In this document: positions 41,283 to 51,417 of the stretch, piece after piece
How positions within the stretch are numbered: the stretch's first letter is position 1
Layout: every line of letters starts with the position of its first letter
NCBI GenBank assembly: GCA_965219445.1
Contig: CBDCNQ010000004.1
Span: 1,024,001 to 1,088,000 of the forward strand
DNA length: 64,000 nucleotides
From: Longimicrobiales bacterium
GTDB taxonomy: Bacteria > Gemmatimonadota > Gemmatimonadetes > Longimicrobiales > Gaopeijiaceae
Reading direction: 5' to 3'
The notes under the pieces: generated by a model
What the model saw: the letters and a program-made list of their open reading frames with translations, nothing else
Database searches by the model: none
What the model was told of the DNA's origin: nothing
Made by a program: the position numbers and the translations under genes

Positions 41283-42413
41283 TCACGGGTTGGAGTCATT
41301 CGATCCCTGCGCCTCCATTCTCTCCTCATAACGCGCGCCGCTCAGAACGCCGGCCATACTGTAGTTCCCCTCGTGGCAGGCGTACTCGTAGAGCATGTCG
41401 TCGAACTTATTGAGCGGGACCTCTCCTCCCCAGGCTTGAGTGTACATCGTCGGATCCTCAACGGTGAATTCGTAAAGGATCGTCTCTTCGTCGACCCGAG
41501 TGAAGCGTTCGGTCACCCTCATGTGCTCCGAGGGGGGGACTCCCTGGAGAGCCTGTTGTGGATTGAGGTTCGTCGTCTCGACCACGAGTGCGTCGCCCTC
41601 CCACCGAGCCCAAGAGTCACCGAACCACGGGCGTATGTGTGTGGGCAGCCGCGGCCCGTCACCGATCCGGATAATCCGCGCGTCGTGGATCATCTCGACC
41701 ATAATCATCACGTGATCCGCCGTCTGTACGATCGTGAAGTTGCCGTTGTAGGAGGTTTTGGGGACCATGGGGGGTCCGGCAGGGTTGGACGAGGAACTGT
41801 TAATGATGCAGCGTTCGCCGAGTGGTCTCAGCTCCGGGTGGTCGTAGAGGCCAAATTGGGCCCGGAGGTCCTCGTACTCCTGGACCTGCCGCTCGCCCTC
41901 CGGCGTGAGGGCCGGACGGCGCCCATTCGCCGGATGGGTGATAAGAGAGGTTCTGGGCTCGCCATCGACGATCGCTACCCGCGAGCCCCGATCCCAATAG
42001 ACCTCGCTGTACTCCGCGCCACTCAGTCGACGCTCATTACTCAGAGACGCATCCCCTTGGTTGTCCTCCCTTCCGCACTCGACCGTCCCTGGGTTAGCGG
42101 GGCAATCTCCTGATGGCTGCTCCATCTCCTCCACTTCCGCCCATGTGAACACCGGACCCCTACCCTCTTCCCGCTCGAATGGAGTGAGCGTCATGTTCGT
42201 CCAGTTCCCCTGAAGGTCCGGATGGCCGTCGGGTGTCCTGGGGACTTCCCACTTCCCAGTGTCGGAGGCTCTGTTCTGCGCCGCCGCGGTCGTGACGACG
42301 CCAGGTGCTGAGGTTGCACAGAGAACGGCAAAAAACAGAGCCGAGTAACGCAACATCACTTCTTGGCCTCGGCCACCAAGCCCTCGATCACCCACCGCAA
42401 TACGATTGCTCAT
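41283..42413 (-). CDS. Secreted hypothetical protein with YEYACHEGN motif, tandem paralog A
   Basis: GGAGG RBS; PRTPDGHPDLQGNW, WEGDALVVETTN, VTERFTR and YEYACHEGNY. Confidence 0.8.
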   Translation of the reverse strand: MSNRIAVGDRGLGGRGQEVMLRYSALFFAVLCATSAPGVVTTAAAQNRASDTGKWEVPRTPDGHPDLQGNWTNMTLTPFEREEGRGPVFTWAEVEEMEQPSGDCPANPGTVECGREDNQGDASLSNERRLSGAEYSEVYWDRGSRVAIVDGEPRTSLITHPANGRRPALTPEGERQVQEYEDLRAQFGLYDHPELRPLGERCIINSSSSNPAGPPMVPKTSYNGNFTIVQTADHVMIMVEMIHDARIIRIGDGPRLPTHIRPWFGDSWARWEGDALVVETTNLNPQQALQGVPPSEHMRVTERFTRVDEETILYEFTVEDPTMYTQAWGGEVPLNKFDDMLYEYACHEGNYSMAGVLSGARYEERMEAQGSNDSNP

Positions 42414-42487
42414 TTCGACCTCCGTCTCCAGCGTGAATCCACGACTCTGACCAGCACTCTTATCAAATAGCCCTCTGAAGCTGTCTC

Positions 42488-43612
42488 TCAGTCACGGTTG
42501 TCGTCACTCGATCCCTGCGCTTCCATTTTCTCCTGGTAACGCGCACCGCTCAGAACGCCGGCCAGACTGTAGTTGCCCTCGTGGCAGGCGTACTCGTAGA
42601 GCTGGGCGTCCAGCTTCCTGATCGGGATCTCTCCGCCCCAAGCTTCGGTGTACAGCGTCGGATCCTCCACGGTGAACTCGTAAAGGATCGTCTCTTCGTC
42701 GACACGGGTGAAGCGCTCGGTCACCTTCATGTCCTCCGAGGGCGAGACTCCCCGGAGACGCTGTTGTGGATTGATGTTCGTGGTCTCGACTACGAGCGCG
42801 TCGCCCTCCCACCGACCCCAGGAGTTGCCGAAGTACGGACGGATGCTCTTGGGCATCGGGGTGGGCTCACCAAGCCGGATAAGCCGCGCGTCGTGAACCA
42901 TCTCCGACATGATCATCACGTGATCGGCCGTCTGTACGATGATGTAGTTGGAGTTGTACGCTCCGACAGGGATCATGGGGGGGCCGGAAGGGGAGCCGAA
43001 AAGGATGCAGCGCTCGGCGAATGGTCTCAGCTCCGGGTGGTCGTATAAGCCAAATTGGTCCCTGAAGTCCTCGTACTCCTGGACCCGCCGCTCACCCTCC
43101 GGCGTGAGGGCCGGACGGCGCCCATTCGTCGGATGGGTGACCAGAGAGGTTCTGGGCTCGCCATCGACGATCGCTACCCGCGAGCCCCGTTCCCAATAGA
43201 CCTCGTTGTACTCCGCGCCACTCAGTCGACGCTCATTACTCAGAGACTCATCCCGTTGGTTGTCTGCCCTTCCGCACGCGACGGTCCCTGGGTTAGCCGG
43301 GCACCCATCTCCTGGCCGTTCGATCTCCTCGACTTCCTCCCACGTGAACACCGGACCCTTACCCTCTTCCCGCTCGAACGGAGTGAGCGTCGAGTTCGTC
43401 CAGTTCCCCTGAAGGTCCGGATGGCCGTCGGGTGTCCTCGGGACCTCCCATTTTCCGGCGTTGGAGGCTCTGTTCTGCGCCGCCGCGGTCGAGACGACGC
43501 CGGGCGCTGCGGTCAGACAGAGAACGGCTAGAAGTAGAGCGGAGTAACGCGACATCACTTCACGGCCTCGACCACCAAGGCTTCGATCACCCACCGCAAT
43601 ACGATCGCTCAT
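42488..43612 (-). CDS. Secreted hypothetical protein with YEYACHEGN motif, tandem paralog B
   Basis: Highly similar to paralog A at DNA and protein level. Confidence 0.8.
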   Translation of the reverse strand: MSDRIAVGDRSLGGRGREVMSRYSALLLAVLCLTAAPGVVSTAAAQNRASNAGKWEVPRTPDGHPDLQGNWTNSTLTPFEREEGKGPVFTWEEVEEIERPGDGCPANPGTVACGRADNQRDESLSNERRLSGAEYNEVYWERGSRVAIVDGEPRTSLVTHPTNGRRPALTPEGERRVQEYEDFRDQFGLYDHPELRPFAERCILFGSPSGPPMIPVGAYNSNYIIVQTADHVMIMSEMVHDARLIRLGEPTPMPKSIRPYFGNSWGRWEGDALVVETTNINPQQRLRGVSPSEDMKVTERFTRVDEETILYEFTVEDPTLYTEAWGGEIPIRKLDAQLYEYACHEGNYSLAGVLSGARYQEKMEAQGSSDDNRD

Positions 43613-43944
43613 TTCAACCTCCGTTCCCGCGTGATCCACGACTCTGACCGGCACTCGTATCCAATAGCCCGCTGACGGCCTTATCAAATGGCCCTCTGAC
43701 CTGTGGGGATAACGTGAGGGGCAGAACCGAAGCGGTCAATATATGGGGCCCCACGGCCTGACATATGGGGCGCTAAGGCCTGACATGTTTTCGCAACTGA
43801 TGTGGCGCCACGTCCGCTAGCCGTCTTTCGGGTCAGACGCCCACCGCCTAAGGTTCTGGCTCTGCTGAGCAGCGGTTCTCGAACGAGAGGGAGGGAGAGA
43901 TCTCCGACAAAGTCGCGACTTTCGACAATGGGAGGACGGTCTCT

Positions 43945-46161
43945 GTGCTGTTCACCGCGGCCGTCTTCGTGGCGGCGGCGCTGCTCTTCGTCGTGCAGCC
44001 GATGGTGGGCAAGATGGTGCTCCCCCGTGCGGGGGGGGCTCCTCAGGTGTGGAACACTTCCTTGCTTTTCTTCCAGACGGCTCTGCTGGCGGGCTACCTG
44101 TACGCGCACGTCAGTGTCAGATGGCTCGGCGTGCAGCGCCAGGCGCTCCTCCACGTGGCTGTCCTCGCGCTCCCGCTGCTCGTCCTGCCGATCGCGCTCC
44201 CCGATACGTATCCGGCCGAGGGAGCTCGATTGTCACCCTGGGTCCTGGGCGTTCTCACCGTCGCCGTCGGGGCCCCCGTCTTCGTGCTCGCCGCAGCAAG
44301 CCCCCTTCTCCAGCGCTGGCTCGCGTCAACGACGCACGAGGATGCAGGGGATCCGTACTACCTTTACGCCAGCAGCAACGCGGGAAGCCTGGCGGGCCTC
44401 CTCGCCTACCCCTTGCTTCTCGAGCCTTTCCTCTCCGGTAGCGACCAATCGCGGCTGTGGGCGTTCGGCTACGCAGGGTTCGTCGGGCTCGCGCTCCTGT
44501 GTGTCTTTACGGCGCTGTACTCCGCGCGCATGCGACCCGAGGCCCTCACGTCGCCGCTTCGCGAATCGAGTCCAGTCGAGGGTGCGAGACGAGTCGACGG
44601 TGCCGTCACGTCGCAAGACCGCCTTTTCTGGGTAGCGTGTGCGGCCGTCCCGTCGGCCCTGCTGCTCGGCGTGACTCAGTATTTGACGAGCCAGATCGCA
44701 CCGGTATCACTCTTATGGGTTCTCCCGCTAGCGGTGTACCTCGGAACCTTCATCGCCGCTTTCTCGCGACGCGAGGTCGTGGCCGTGTCATGGTCTTCCC
44801 GTGTCCTGCCGATCCTCACCATCGTGATGACCGTTGTCCTGGCTCTGCGGATCGACCGCCCGGCTTGGGCCATCACCCTCCTCCACCTCGCCGTGCTCGC
44901 GTCGGCCGGAATCCTGTGTCACCGACGTCTCGCAGAACGCCGACCGCCCACGACCCATCTCACGGAGTACTACCTCCTCATCACCACCGGCGGCGTCCTC
45001 GGCGGCGTCTTCAGTGCCCTCCTGGCTCCGTACCTGTTCAACTTTCTGGCGGAGTATCCGATCGCCATCGTGCTGGCTTGTCTCTTCCGGCTGCCGATCT
45101 CCGCGAAAAAGCGGGAGGTGGGCGTGAGCCGCTTCCTCTACAGGGGGCGGAAGCTGGACGTCCTCCTTCCGGGGGCGCTCGCCCTTTACATGCTCACTCT
45201 AGCGTCCTTCATCGAGTGGTTGCCAGCCAGCGTGACCGCGATTTTTCTAGTGGTCGTGCCTGGAGCCGTCTGTTTCACCTTTTCCCCGCGTCCCATGCGC
45301 TTCGTTCTCGGCCTCTCGGTCCTCCTCGCATCGGCCGAGTCTGGTCGGATGTACGGAGGGAACCTTCTCCACGGTGAGCGCACTTTCTTCGGGATCTACC
45401 GCGTCTCCCATGACGTCTCGAGTCAGGTCAATATCCTGTCCCACGGATCGACCATTCACGGTGTCCAAAGCGTAGATCCCGCCCGGGCTCGTGAGCCCCT
45501 CGCCTACTATCACCCTACCGGACCGGCGGGTAACGTCATGCTCGCGACGGCCGGGCAACCAGAAAAGCGCAATGTAGCGCTCGTGGGCGCCGGCACGGGG
45601 GCACTCGCGGTGCTTGCAGGTCCCCACCAGTCCGTGACGCTGTACGAAATCGATCCGGCCGTCGTAAGGATCGCGGAGGAGTCAGAGTATTTTACCTATC
45701 TGTTCAATTCACGCGCCTCCATCGAGACAGTGGTCGGCGACGGGCGCCTCGCCTTGTCCCGGAGTACACGACGCTTCGACCTCATCGTGCTGGACGCGTT
45801 CTCATCCGGAACGATCCCCCTTCACCTTCTCACGCGCGAGGCGCTCCTCTTGTATTTGGATCGGCTCACGCCCGGTGGAGTGCTTCTCTTCCACATCTCC
45901 AATCCCTATCTGGAGCTCGCGCCTGCTCTCGGAGCACACGCCCGTGACCTCGGGCTGGCCGCGTTCGAGTGGGCAGATGAGAGAGGGGAAGCGGACCTCG
46001 AGCGGGGGATCTTCGGATCACACTGGGTGCTTATCGCGCGGACCATGGAGGACCTGACATACCTACCGACCGCGGGGTGGCGGCCACTCGACACGCCACC
46101 CGTTACCCGCGCGTGGACCGACGACTTCTCCAACCTTCTGTCGGTGCAGGTGTGGAATTGA
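43945..46161 (+). CDS. Fused membrane protein / spermidine synthase-like SAM-dependent methyltransferase
   Basis: Many TM helices; LYASSNAGS, VGAGTG, YEIDP, GDGR, VLDAFSS and WTDDFSNL. Confidence 0.88.
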   Translation: MLFTAAVFVAAALLFVVQPMVGKMVLPRAGGAPQVWNTSLLFFQTALLAGYLYAHVSVRWLGVQRQALLHVAVLALPLLVLPIALPDTYPAEGARLSPWVLGVLTVAVGAPVFVLAAASPLLQRWLASTTHEDAGDPYYLYASSNAGSLAGLLAYPLLLEPFLSGSDQSRLWAFGYAGFVGLALLCVFTALYSARMRPEALTSPLRESSPVEGARRVDGAVTSQDRLFWVACAAVPSALLLGVTQYLTSQIAPVSLLWVLPLAVYLGTFIAAFSRREVVAVSWSSRVLPILTIVMTVVLALRIDRPAWAITLLHLAVLASAGILCHRRLAERRPPTTHLTEYYLLITTGGVLGGVFSALLAPYLFNFLAEYPIAIVLACLFRLPISAKKREVGVSRFLYRGRKLDVLLPGALALYMLTLASFIEWLPASVTAIFLVVVPGAVCFTFSPRPMRFVLGLSVLLASAESGRMYGGNLLHGERTFFGIYRVSHDVSSQVNILSHGSTIHGVQSVDPARAREPLAYYHPTGPAGNVMLATAGQPEKRNVALVGAGTGALAVLAGPHQSVTLYEIDPAVVRIAEESEYFTYLFNSRASIETVVGDGRLALSRSTRRFDLIVLDAFSSGTIPLHLLTREALLLYLDRLTPGGVLLFHISNPYLELAPALGAHARDLGLAAFEWADERGEADLERGIFGSHWVLIARTMEDLTYLPTAGWRPLDTPPVTRAWTDDFSNLLSVQVWN

Positions 46162-46301
46162 TCATCGGTGACTTTCACCCTCAAAGCCGTAGTCGCACCC
46201 GCCGTTATTCCAAACAGCAATGGCCGGAGGCGACATTCGCCTCCGGCCACGTCGAGCCCGCTGGTGCATCTAGCTTGGGAGCTGGTCTATCCAGCTTGAG
46301 A

Positions 46302-46347
46302 GTTAGGTACCGAGCGTTTCGAAGGTTAGGTACCGAGCGTTTCGAAG
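46302..46347. repeat. Perfect 23-bp tandem duplication GTTAGGTACCGAGCGTTTCGAAG
   Basis: Directly visible. Confidence 0.9.
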
Positions 46348-46369
46348 GTTGGCGCGTCCAGCCCGCAGA

Positions 46370-46529
46370 CCGTCCCACCATCCTGAGAGTCGAGGGACTC
46401 GTTGTCATGCTCGGCGCCGTGGCGGCCTTTCAGGCATTGGACGGGTCCTGGGGCTTCTTCGACCGCGCCCTGGGCTACGGGCTGAAAGACGTCTCCGGCT
46501 TTAAGAACACGCATCTTCATCGTGTATGA
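46370..46529 (+). pseudogene. DUF4260-family relic with internal deletion
   Basis: N-terminal LRVEGL...GSWGF is fused directly to C-terminal FDRALGYGLK..GFKNTHL. Confidence 0.6.
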
Positions 46530-46666
46530 GCCCTGGAGGGCCGGGGGGCCGGGCTAGCTGACAAGCGATTGCTACTGTCACATACAGCACGAGGGTCGCG
46601 CGCTGCGCACGCGGAGGGCAAATTGGTCACGCGTCGAAGGGTCGAAGCTCAGTGAAGGAGGGCTGT

Positions 46667-47596
46667 ATGCGGTTCGCCGTGGTCGGCACAGGCGGTGTGG
46701 GCGGGTACTTCGGGGGGCAGCTCGCTCGGGCCGGCCACGAGGTACACTTCATCGCGCGCGGTCCGCACCTTGCCGCCATCCGGGAGCACGGCCTCCGCGT
46801 CGACAGCATCGGGGGAGACTTCGTGGTCAATCCGGTGGACGCGACTGATGATTCCGCTGCCGTGGGCCATGTCGATACCATTATCGTTGCCGTGAAGACA
46901 TGGCAACTCGCGGAGGCCGCAGGGCAAGCCCGGTCCCTCGTAGGCAGCGAAACTGTCGTGCTCCCATTGCTCAACGGTGTCGACGCATCCAACGAACAGA
47001 TCGATATACTCGGCCAGGATCACGTACTCGGTGGCGTTTGCCGGATCGCGGCGGAGATCGCTGAGCCGGGTCGCATCCGTCACAGTGCGATAGAGCCTTC
47101 CATCATGTTTGGTGAGCTTGACAATTGACAGAGCGCCCGAGCGGTGGCACTTTTGGGCGCCTTGGTCGACGGGGGAATTCAGGCCGAGATCGCGCCGGAC
47201 ATCAACGTCGCGCTTTGGGAGAAGTTCATGTTGATCGCCACATGGAGTGGCATTGGCGCTGTGACCCGAGCTCCGGTCGGCGCTTGGCGTGCATCGCCCG
47301 GCTCGCGCTCGATGGCGGAAGCATGCCTTCGCGAGATTCTAGAGCTGGCCCACGCGCGCGAAGTACCCATGCCGAACGATCACGTCGTGACAATGTTGAA
47401 GGTCATCGACGGCGTCCCCCCCGAAAGCATGGCCTCCATGCAGCGAGACATCATGTCCGGGCGCCCCTCGGAGCTCGAGGCTCAAAACGGGGCAGTGCTT
47501 CGGCTCGGCGCCGCGGCAGGCGTGGCCACCCCGACGCATTCGTTCATCTACCACAGCCTGCTTCCTCAAGAGGACGTGGCCCGTAGCAATTTGTGA
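46667..47596 (+). pseudogene. panE: 2-dehydropantoate 2-reductase with an in-frame TGA at 47126-47128
   Basis: GTGGVGG, VAVK, LLNG, LWEKF, SMQRD and PSELE; both ORF halves share one frame. Confidence 0.85.
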
Positions 47597-47618
47597 TGAA
47601 GGCGGTCGATAGGGTGGT

Positions 47619-48143
47619 ATGATGAGAACCATCGTGTCGTTAATCGAAGGCGAGTTCCACCGCTACAAGGCCCTTGGCGAGGGCGCCCTGGATCAGATGA
47701 CGCCCGAGCAACTCGTGGAGGGCTCCACGGTGACCAATTCGATAGCGACGCTCATCTGGCACGTCTCCGGCAACCTCGAATCGCGGTTCACGGACTTCCT
47801 CACATCTGACGGTGAAAAGCCCTGGCGTGACCGGGAGTCAGAATTCGAAGCTAGAAGTGCGTCGCCCGTCGAGATCCGGGAGAAATGGGACAGAGGCTGG
47901 GGCGTGCTGCTCACTACGTTGAGTGAGCTTCAGGATACCGACCTCTCGAGAATGGTCACGATTCGGGGGGTTGAGTCGAGGGTGGACGAGGCCCTTTTCC
48001 GATCGCTCGCGCACACGAGCTACCACGTCGGGCAGATCGTGTTCGCCGCGAAACGTTTTCTCGGAGAGTCGTGGAGATACCTCAGTATCCCGCCTGGGGG
48101 CTCCGCGGCTTCGCGTTTCCCTAGAACGAAAACAGGTACGTGA
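47619..48143 (+). CDS. DUF1572/DinB-like protein
   Basis: NSIA..HVSGNL.SRFTDFLTSDGEKPWRDR..EF, HTSYHVGQIV and YLSIP. Confidence 0.8.
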   Translation: MMRTIVSLIEGEFHRYKALGEGALDQMTPEQLVEGSTVTNSIATLIWHVSGNLESRFTDFLTSDGEKPWRDRESEFEARSASPVEIREKWDRGWGVLLTTLSELQDTDLSRMVTIRGVESRVDEALFRSLAHTSYHVGQIVFAAKRFLGESWRYLSIPPGGSAASRFPRTKTGT

Positions 48144-50397
48144 CCTTCAGGAGGAGCTGCCGATCGCGGAACTCCTCTATGAAAGGATCCAAGGCGATGG
48201 GAGTATCGCGACGCACTTCGTCGTAGACGACGTAGATGTCGCTTCCGGGTCGGAAGATGTAGCGGAGCCTCGCGCTCGTGCTCCACTGCTCGGACAAGGA
48301 ATTGTACTGCGTGAGGCTCCGGAGCGAGACAGTCGGCGAGAAGGCATAGTCGATCTGGAGCGATGCGATGTCGGCTTTGAACGCGCCGTTCGGTATTTCC
48401 ACGTCGTTGCGCGATACGCTCGCGGACGTGGCGAGCTGGTCGGTCACCCGGAGGCCGGCTGTCACCCTCAGGTCCGTCCGGTTCCCGTCGTAGAACGTTT
48501 GTGGCGAATAGCTGAGGCGGTAGAAGAACTGGCGCGAAGGATCGCTGCGGAACGAGAAGCTCCAGGAGTGGAACCGGTACTTCCCGGGGTCGATTGCCAC
48601 TCCTCCGACGCTGAACGGATTGTCGATCCGCTCGAAGACGCGATTGTGGGTGACGGTGAAGTTGGCACCGTTGTCGAAATTCGTGCCCACCATGTTGTGG
48701 AACTCGCGCGTCATGAGACGACCAGTCTGGTCGGTGATGTTGACCACGTTCCACATCGGATCCATCATCCGGATGCCCCACTTCCCGGGTCTCGGGTTGA
48801 ACTCGAGGTGGAGCTTGCTTCTACGCATATCCACTCGAGGCACGAACCCCACTTCCGGATTGAAGTTTTCTCCCAGGTCCGTGTACTCGGTGTAAACCCG
48901 CCATGACTGGTCGAGCCACCCCGCCCGGAGGTGGGCCCCAAAATCTCCCCCGGATATGCCACGTGTCGAGGTGCCCGCGATGAACCCGTCAACCGTGAGA
49001 GCCGACGTGAGCGCGAGGTTCATGTCGGCGGCATACGTCCGATTGAAGTGTCCCCCGGAATTGGCTTGCTTGTTGATGACGATCCCCCCGATCTGGGATC
49101 GTCCCAATACGTCCCTGCCGTAGCGAGCGACAAAAAAATTCTCCCCCGGCTGCCCGAACGCGTCGTCGGTTTGGAGATCCATGACCGCGATGTTGTTCCC
49201 GCCCACTTTGCCCGTAACGCGGCCGCCACCAAGAATGGGGATGCTCGCGCCGCTTTCGTTGAGGCCGATCCGCCGGCTGAAGAAGAGGTCCGCGATGCGC
49301 CCGAGGGTATTAGGCGTGCCGACGGCGAACTGGCCCGAGTTCTCGAGGAAGAAGTCCCTTTTTTCCGGAAAAAAAAGAGGGAAGCGGGTCAGATTCACCT
49401 GCTCGTTGTCCACCTCGGCCTGCGCGAAATCCGTGTTGACAGTGACGTCGAGGTTCAGGCTCGCGGTCAGGCCGTACTTGACGTCGAGTCCGATGTCGCC
49501 GTCGGTCGAGTTGTCTGCGTTCCCCGCGTCCAACGTTCTCCGCCCTCCGCCCGTGACGAACGGCTTGACGCGAAGGTCGAGCCCGCTGTCGAGCGATCCC
49601 AAGTCCCTCAGGCTCCCCGCGAGGCTGACTCGGGTCAAGCTGAAGGCGCGAGGGATCGGTGCCCAGAACACCTGCTCGTTCTTGCGGCGAATGTTGCGCA
49701 TGAAGTTGATCCCCCAGGACTGGGGATCTGCGTCCGGGAACCTGAGCGTGACCATCGGGATCTCGATCTCCGCCACCCACTGGTCCGACGCCCGCGTCGT
49801 GGCGACGGACCAGACGCCGTCCCAGTCCCGGTTGATGGCGTTGGCGGTGGCCCGGCGATCGCGCCCGCCCTCGTCGAACACTTGCTGGTCGAGCTTCGCC
49901 CCCAGTGGCGTGACGACGAACATGTAGGCGGACCGTAGGTCCATGAACGTGTCGAGGATGATCTGGAAATTGTCCTCGTCCAGGATTCGGTCAGCGTCCC
50001 GCCTCATTTCGGTGGCGACCACACCCTCCGGGTCCGAGTCGAAGGCGCGGACGCCGAGAAAGAGGCTGCTCCCATCGTACAGCACCCGCACCTCGGTCCT
50101 TTCGCTCGCTGGTGCGCCCTCGTCGGGCTCCTGCTGGGTGAAGTCGTCGATGAGGGCAGCGGACTCCCAGAGCGCCTCATCCAACACTCCGTCGATCTGT
50201 GGGCGCTGCTCTACCTTCACCGCGTTGACTTGGTATTCCTCCCAGCTCTCTTGGGCCCGGGCCGGGGGTGCCGCGACGAGCGCGACGATGAGCGGGAGTG
50301 CGAGTGCCACAGTGAGGCCCTGCCGCGACGGACGTCGCTTCGGTGGAAAGGGCACGGGCGCCACGCGTTGCTCGAGTGTCGAGAGAACCTGCATCAA
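48121..50397 (-). CDS. Outer-membrane protein with N-terminal CBM9-like domain (DUF5916-like)
   Basis: PQIDGVLDE..W, NTDFAQAEVD..VNLTRFPLFFPEKRDFFLE, FFSRRIG and C-terminal Phe. Confidence 0.8.
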   Translation of the reverse strand: MMQVLSTLEQRVAPVPFPPKRRPSRQGLTVALALPLIVALVAAPPARAQESWEEYQVNAVKVEQRPQIDGVLDEALWESAALIDDFTQQEPDEGAPASERTEVRVLYDGSSLFLGVRAFDSDPEGVVATEMRRDADRILDEDNFQIILDTFMDLRSAYMFVVTPLGAKLDQQVFDEGGRDRRATANAINRDWDGVWSVATTRASDQWVAEIEIPMVTLRFPDADPQSWGINFMRNIRRKNEQVFWAPIPRAFSLTRVSLAGSLRDLGSLDSGLDLRVKPFVTGGGRRTLDAGNADNSTDGDIGLDVKYGLTASLNLDVTVNTDFAQAEVDNEQVNLTRFPLFFPEKRDFFLENSGQFAVGTPNTLGRIADLFFSRRIGLNESGASIPILGGGRVTGKVGGNNIAVMDLQTDDAFGQPGENFFVARYGRDVLGRSQIGGIVINKQANSGGHFNRTYAADMNLALTSALTVDGFIAGTSTRGISGGDFGAHLRAGWLDQSWRVYTEYTDLGENFNPEVGFVPRVDMRRSKLHLEFNPRPGKWGIRMMDPMWNVVNITDQTGRLMTREFHNMVGTNFDNGANFTVTHNRVFERIDNPFSVGGVAIDPGKYRFHSWSFSFRSDPSRQFFYRLSYSPQTFYDGNRTDLRVTAGLRVTDQLATSASVSRNDVEIPNGAFKADIASLQIDYAFSPTVSLRSLTQYNSLSEQWSTSARLRYIFRPGSDIYVVYDEVRRDTPIALDPFIEEFRDRQLLLKVTYLFSF

Positions 50398-50645
50398 GCG
50401 TAGCGGCCTTCGAGGGCGGCATTAAGATGGGCGACGGCATGAGACATGGCAGACAAGATGTCTGTGATCCGTACGAGGCGGCAAGGATCTCCCCCCTCGA
50501 AGCCTCGATCGGCGAGTCTCACGTGATGCCGAATCAGAAGGCAATGGACCGCCGAATGGCTCGAATTCGATCAACTGCGGTACGAATCCTGCGGCAGATG
50601 TCATAGACGACGGTAGCACTCACTCGGAGTGGAGGCGCGACGACC

Positions 50646-51284
50646 GTGTTTGACAAGACGACCAAAGACCGGGAAGTGACCGGACGGGCGCGGAAGACCG
50701 CGGAGACAGGGGAGAGCATCTTCTCGGTAATCTCGAGGGACATGCACATCGACGGAAACTGTGAGACAGACGGCCAGTTACGAATAGAGGGGAAGATCTC
50801 GGGCAATATCACCGCCCACGCCGTCGAGTTGGTGGCGTCAGGCTCGGTAGACGGAGACGTCGTTGCAGCCGAAGAAGCCGAATCAGACCAGACCTTCATT
50901 ATCAGCGGCCTGGTCACCGGCGCCGTCCACGCGGCTAAGGTCGAAGTACGGCTGGGCGGCAAGGTGCACGGCGGAGTCGTCGCGGACGAGGCCGTCATCC
51001 ACGGTCAAGTGCACGGCGGAGTCGTCGCGGACGAGGCCGTCATCCACGGTCAAGTGCACGGCGGAGTTCTCGCGCGGAACCGGCTGGCCCTCGAGGAGAC
51101 GGCCGAGGTCGAGGGCGATGTCCACGCCCGTCGACTCGCGCTCAAAGAAGGGGGACAGGTGAACGGCAATATCAGCATGGGAGAGCGCGCGGACCTCGAG
51201 TCCTCGGCTAAAAAGCCTGCGCCTGTCCCAGATCCGGTCGAGGATGAGGACGAGGTCCTCGTTTCGGCGGGACCCCGCACATAG
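50646..51284 (+). CDS. Bactofilin (polymer-forming cytoskeletal protein)
   Basis: SVIS..MHIDG...LRIEG.ISGNI, repeated G.V.G.V beta-helix rungs and EGGQVNG. Confidence 0.85.
   Translation: MFDKTTKDREVTGRARKTAETGESIFSVISRDMHIDGNCETDGQLRIEGKISGNITAHAVELVASGSVDGDVVAAEEAESDQTFIISGLVTGAVHAAKVEVRLGGKVHGGVVADEAVIHGQVHGGVVADEAVIHGQVHGGVLARNRLALEETAEVEGDVHARRLALKEGGQVNGNISMGERADLESSAKKPAPVPDPVEDEDEVLVSAGPRT
50964..51067 (+). repeat. Perfect in-frame 45-bp tandem duplication (VHGGVVADEAVIHGQ)
   Basis: Two full copies plus a 14-bp partial copy. Confidence 0.9.
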
Positions 51285-51356
51285 AGCCGACGGGCGTGCC
51301 CGCAGGCCGACCCTCGGGATTACGCCGAGCCTTGGGACTACATGGTCACTCCATGA

Positions 51357-51391
51357 CCGTACGTACGTTCCTGTCGCAAACGTACGTACGG
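51357..51391. terminator. Hairpin between convergent genes
   Basis: 13-bp stem CCGTACGTACGTT/AACGTACGTACGG. Confidence 0.6.
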
Positions 51392-51417
51392 CCCACCGAG
51401 GAGTGTAACGTACGAAC

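Noticed and set aside
46302..46347. 23-bp repeat as a CRISPR array (likewise the 24-bp repeat at 27467)
   Set aside because: Only two adjacent copies, no spacers and no cas genes.
47126..47128. Selenocysteine codon in panE
   Set aside because: The position is not a Cys or redox site in this family, and I see no convincing SECIS hairpin.
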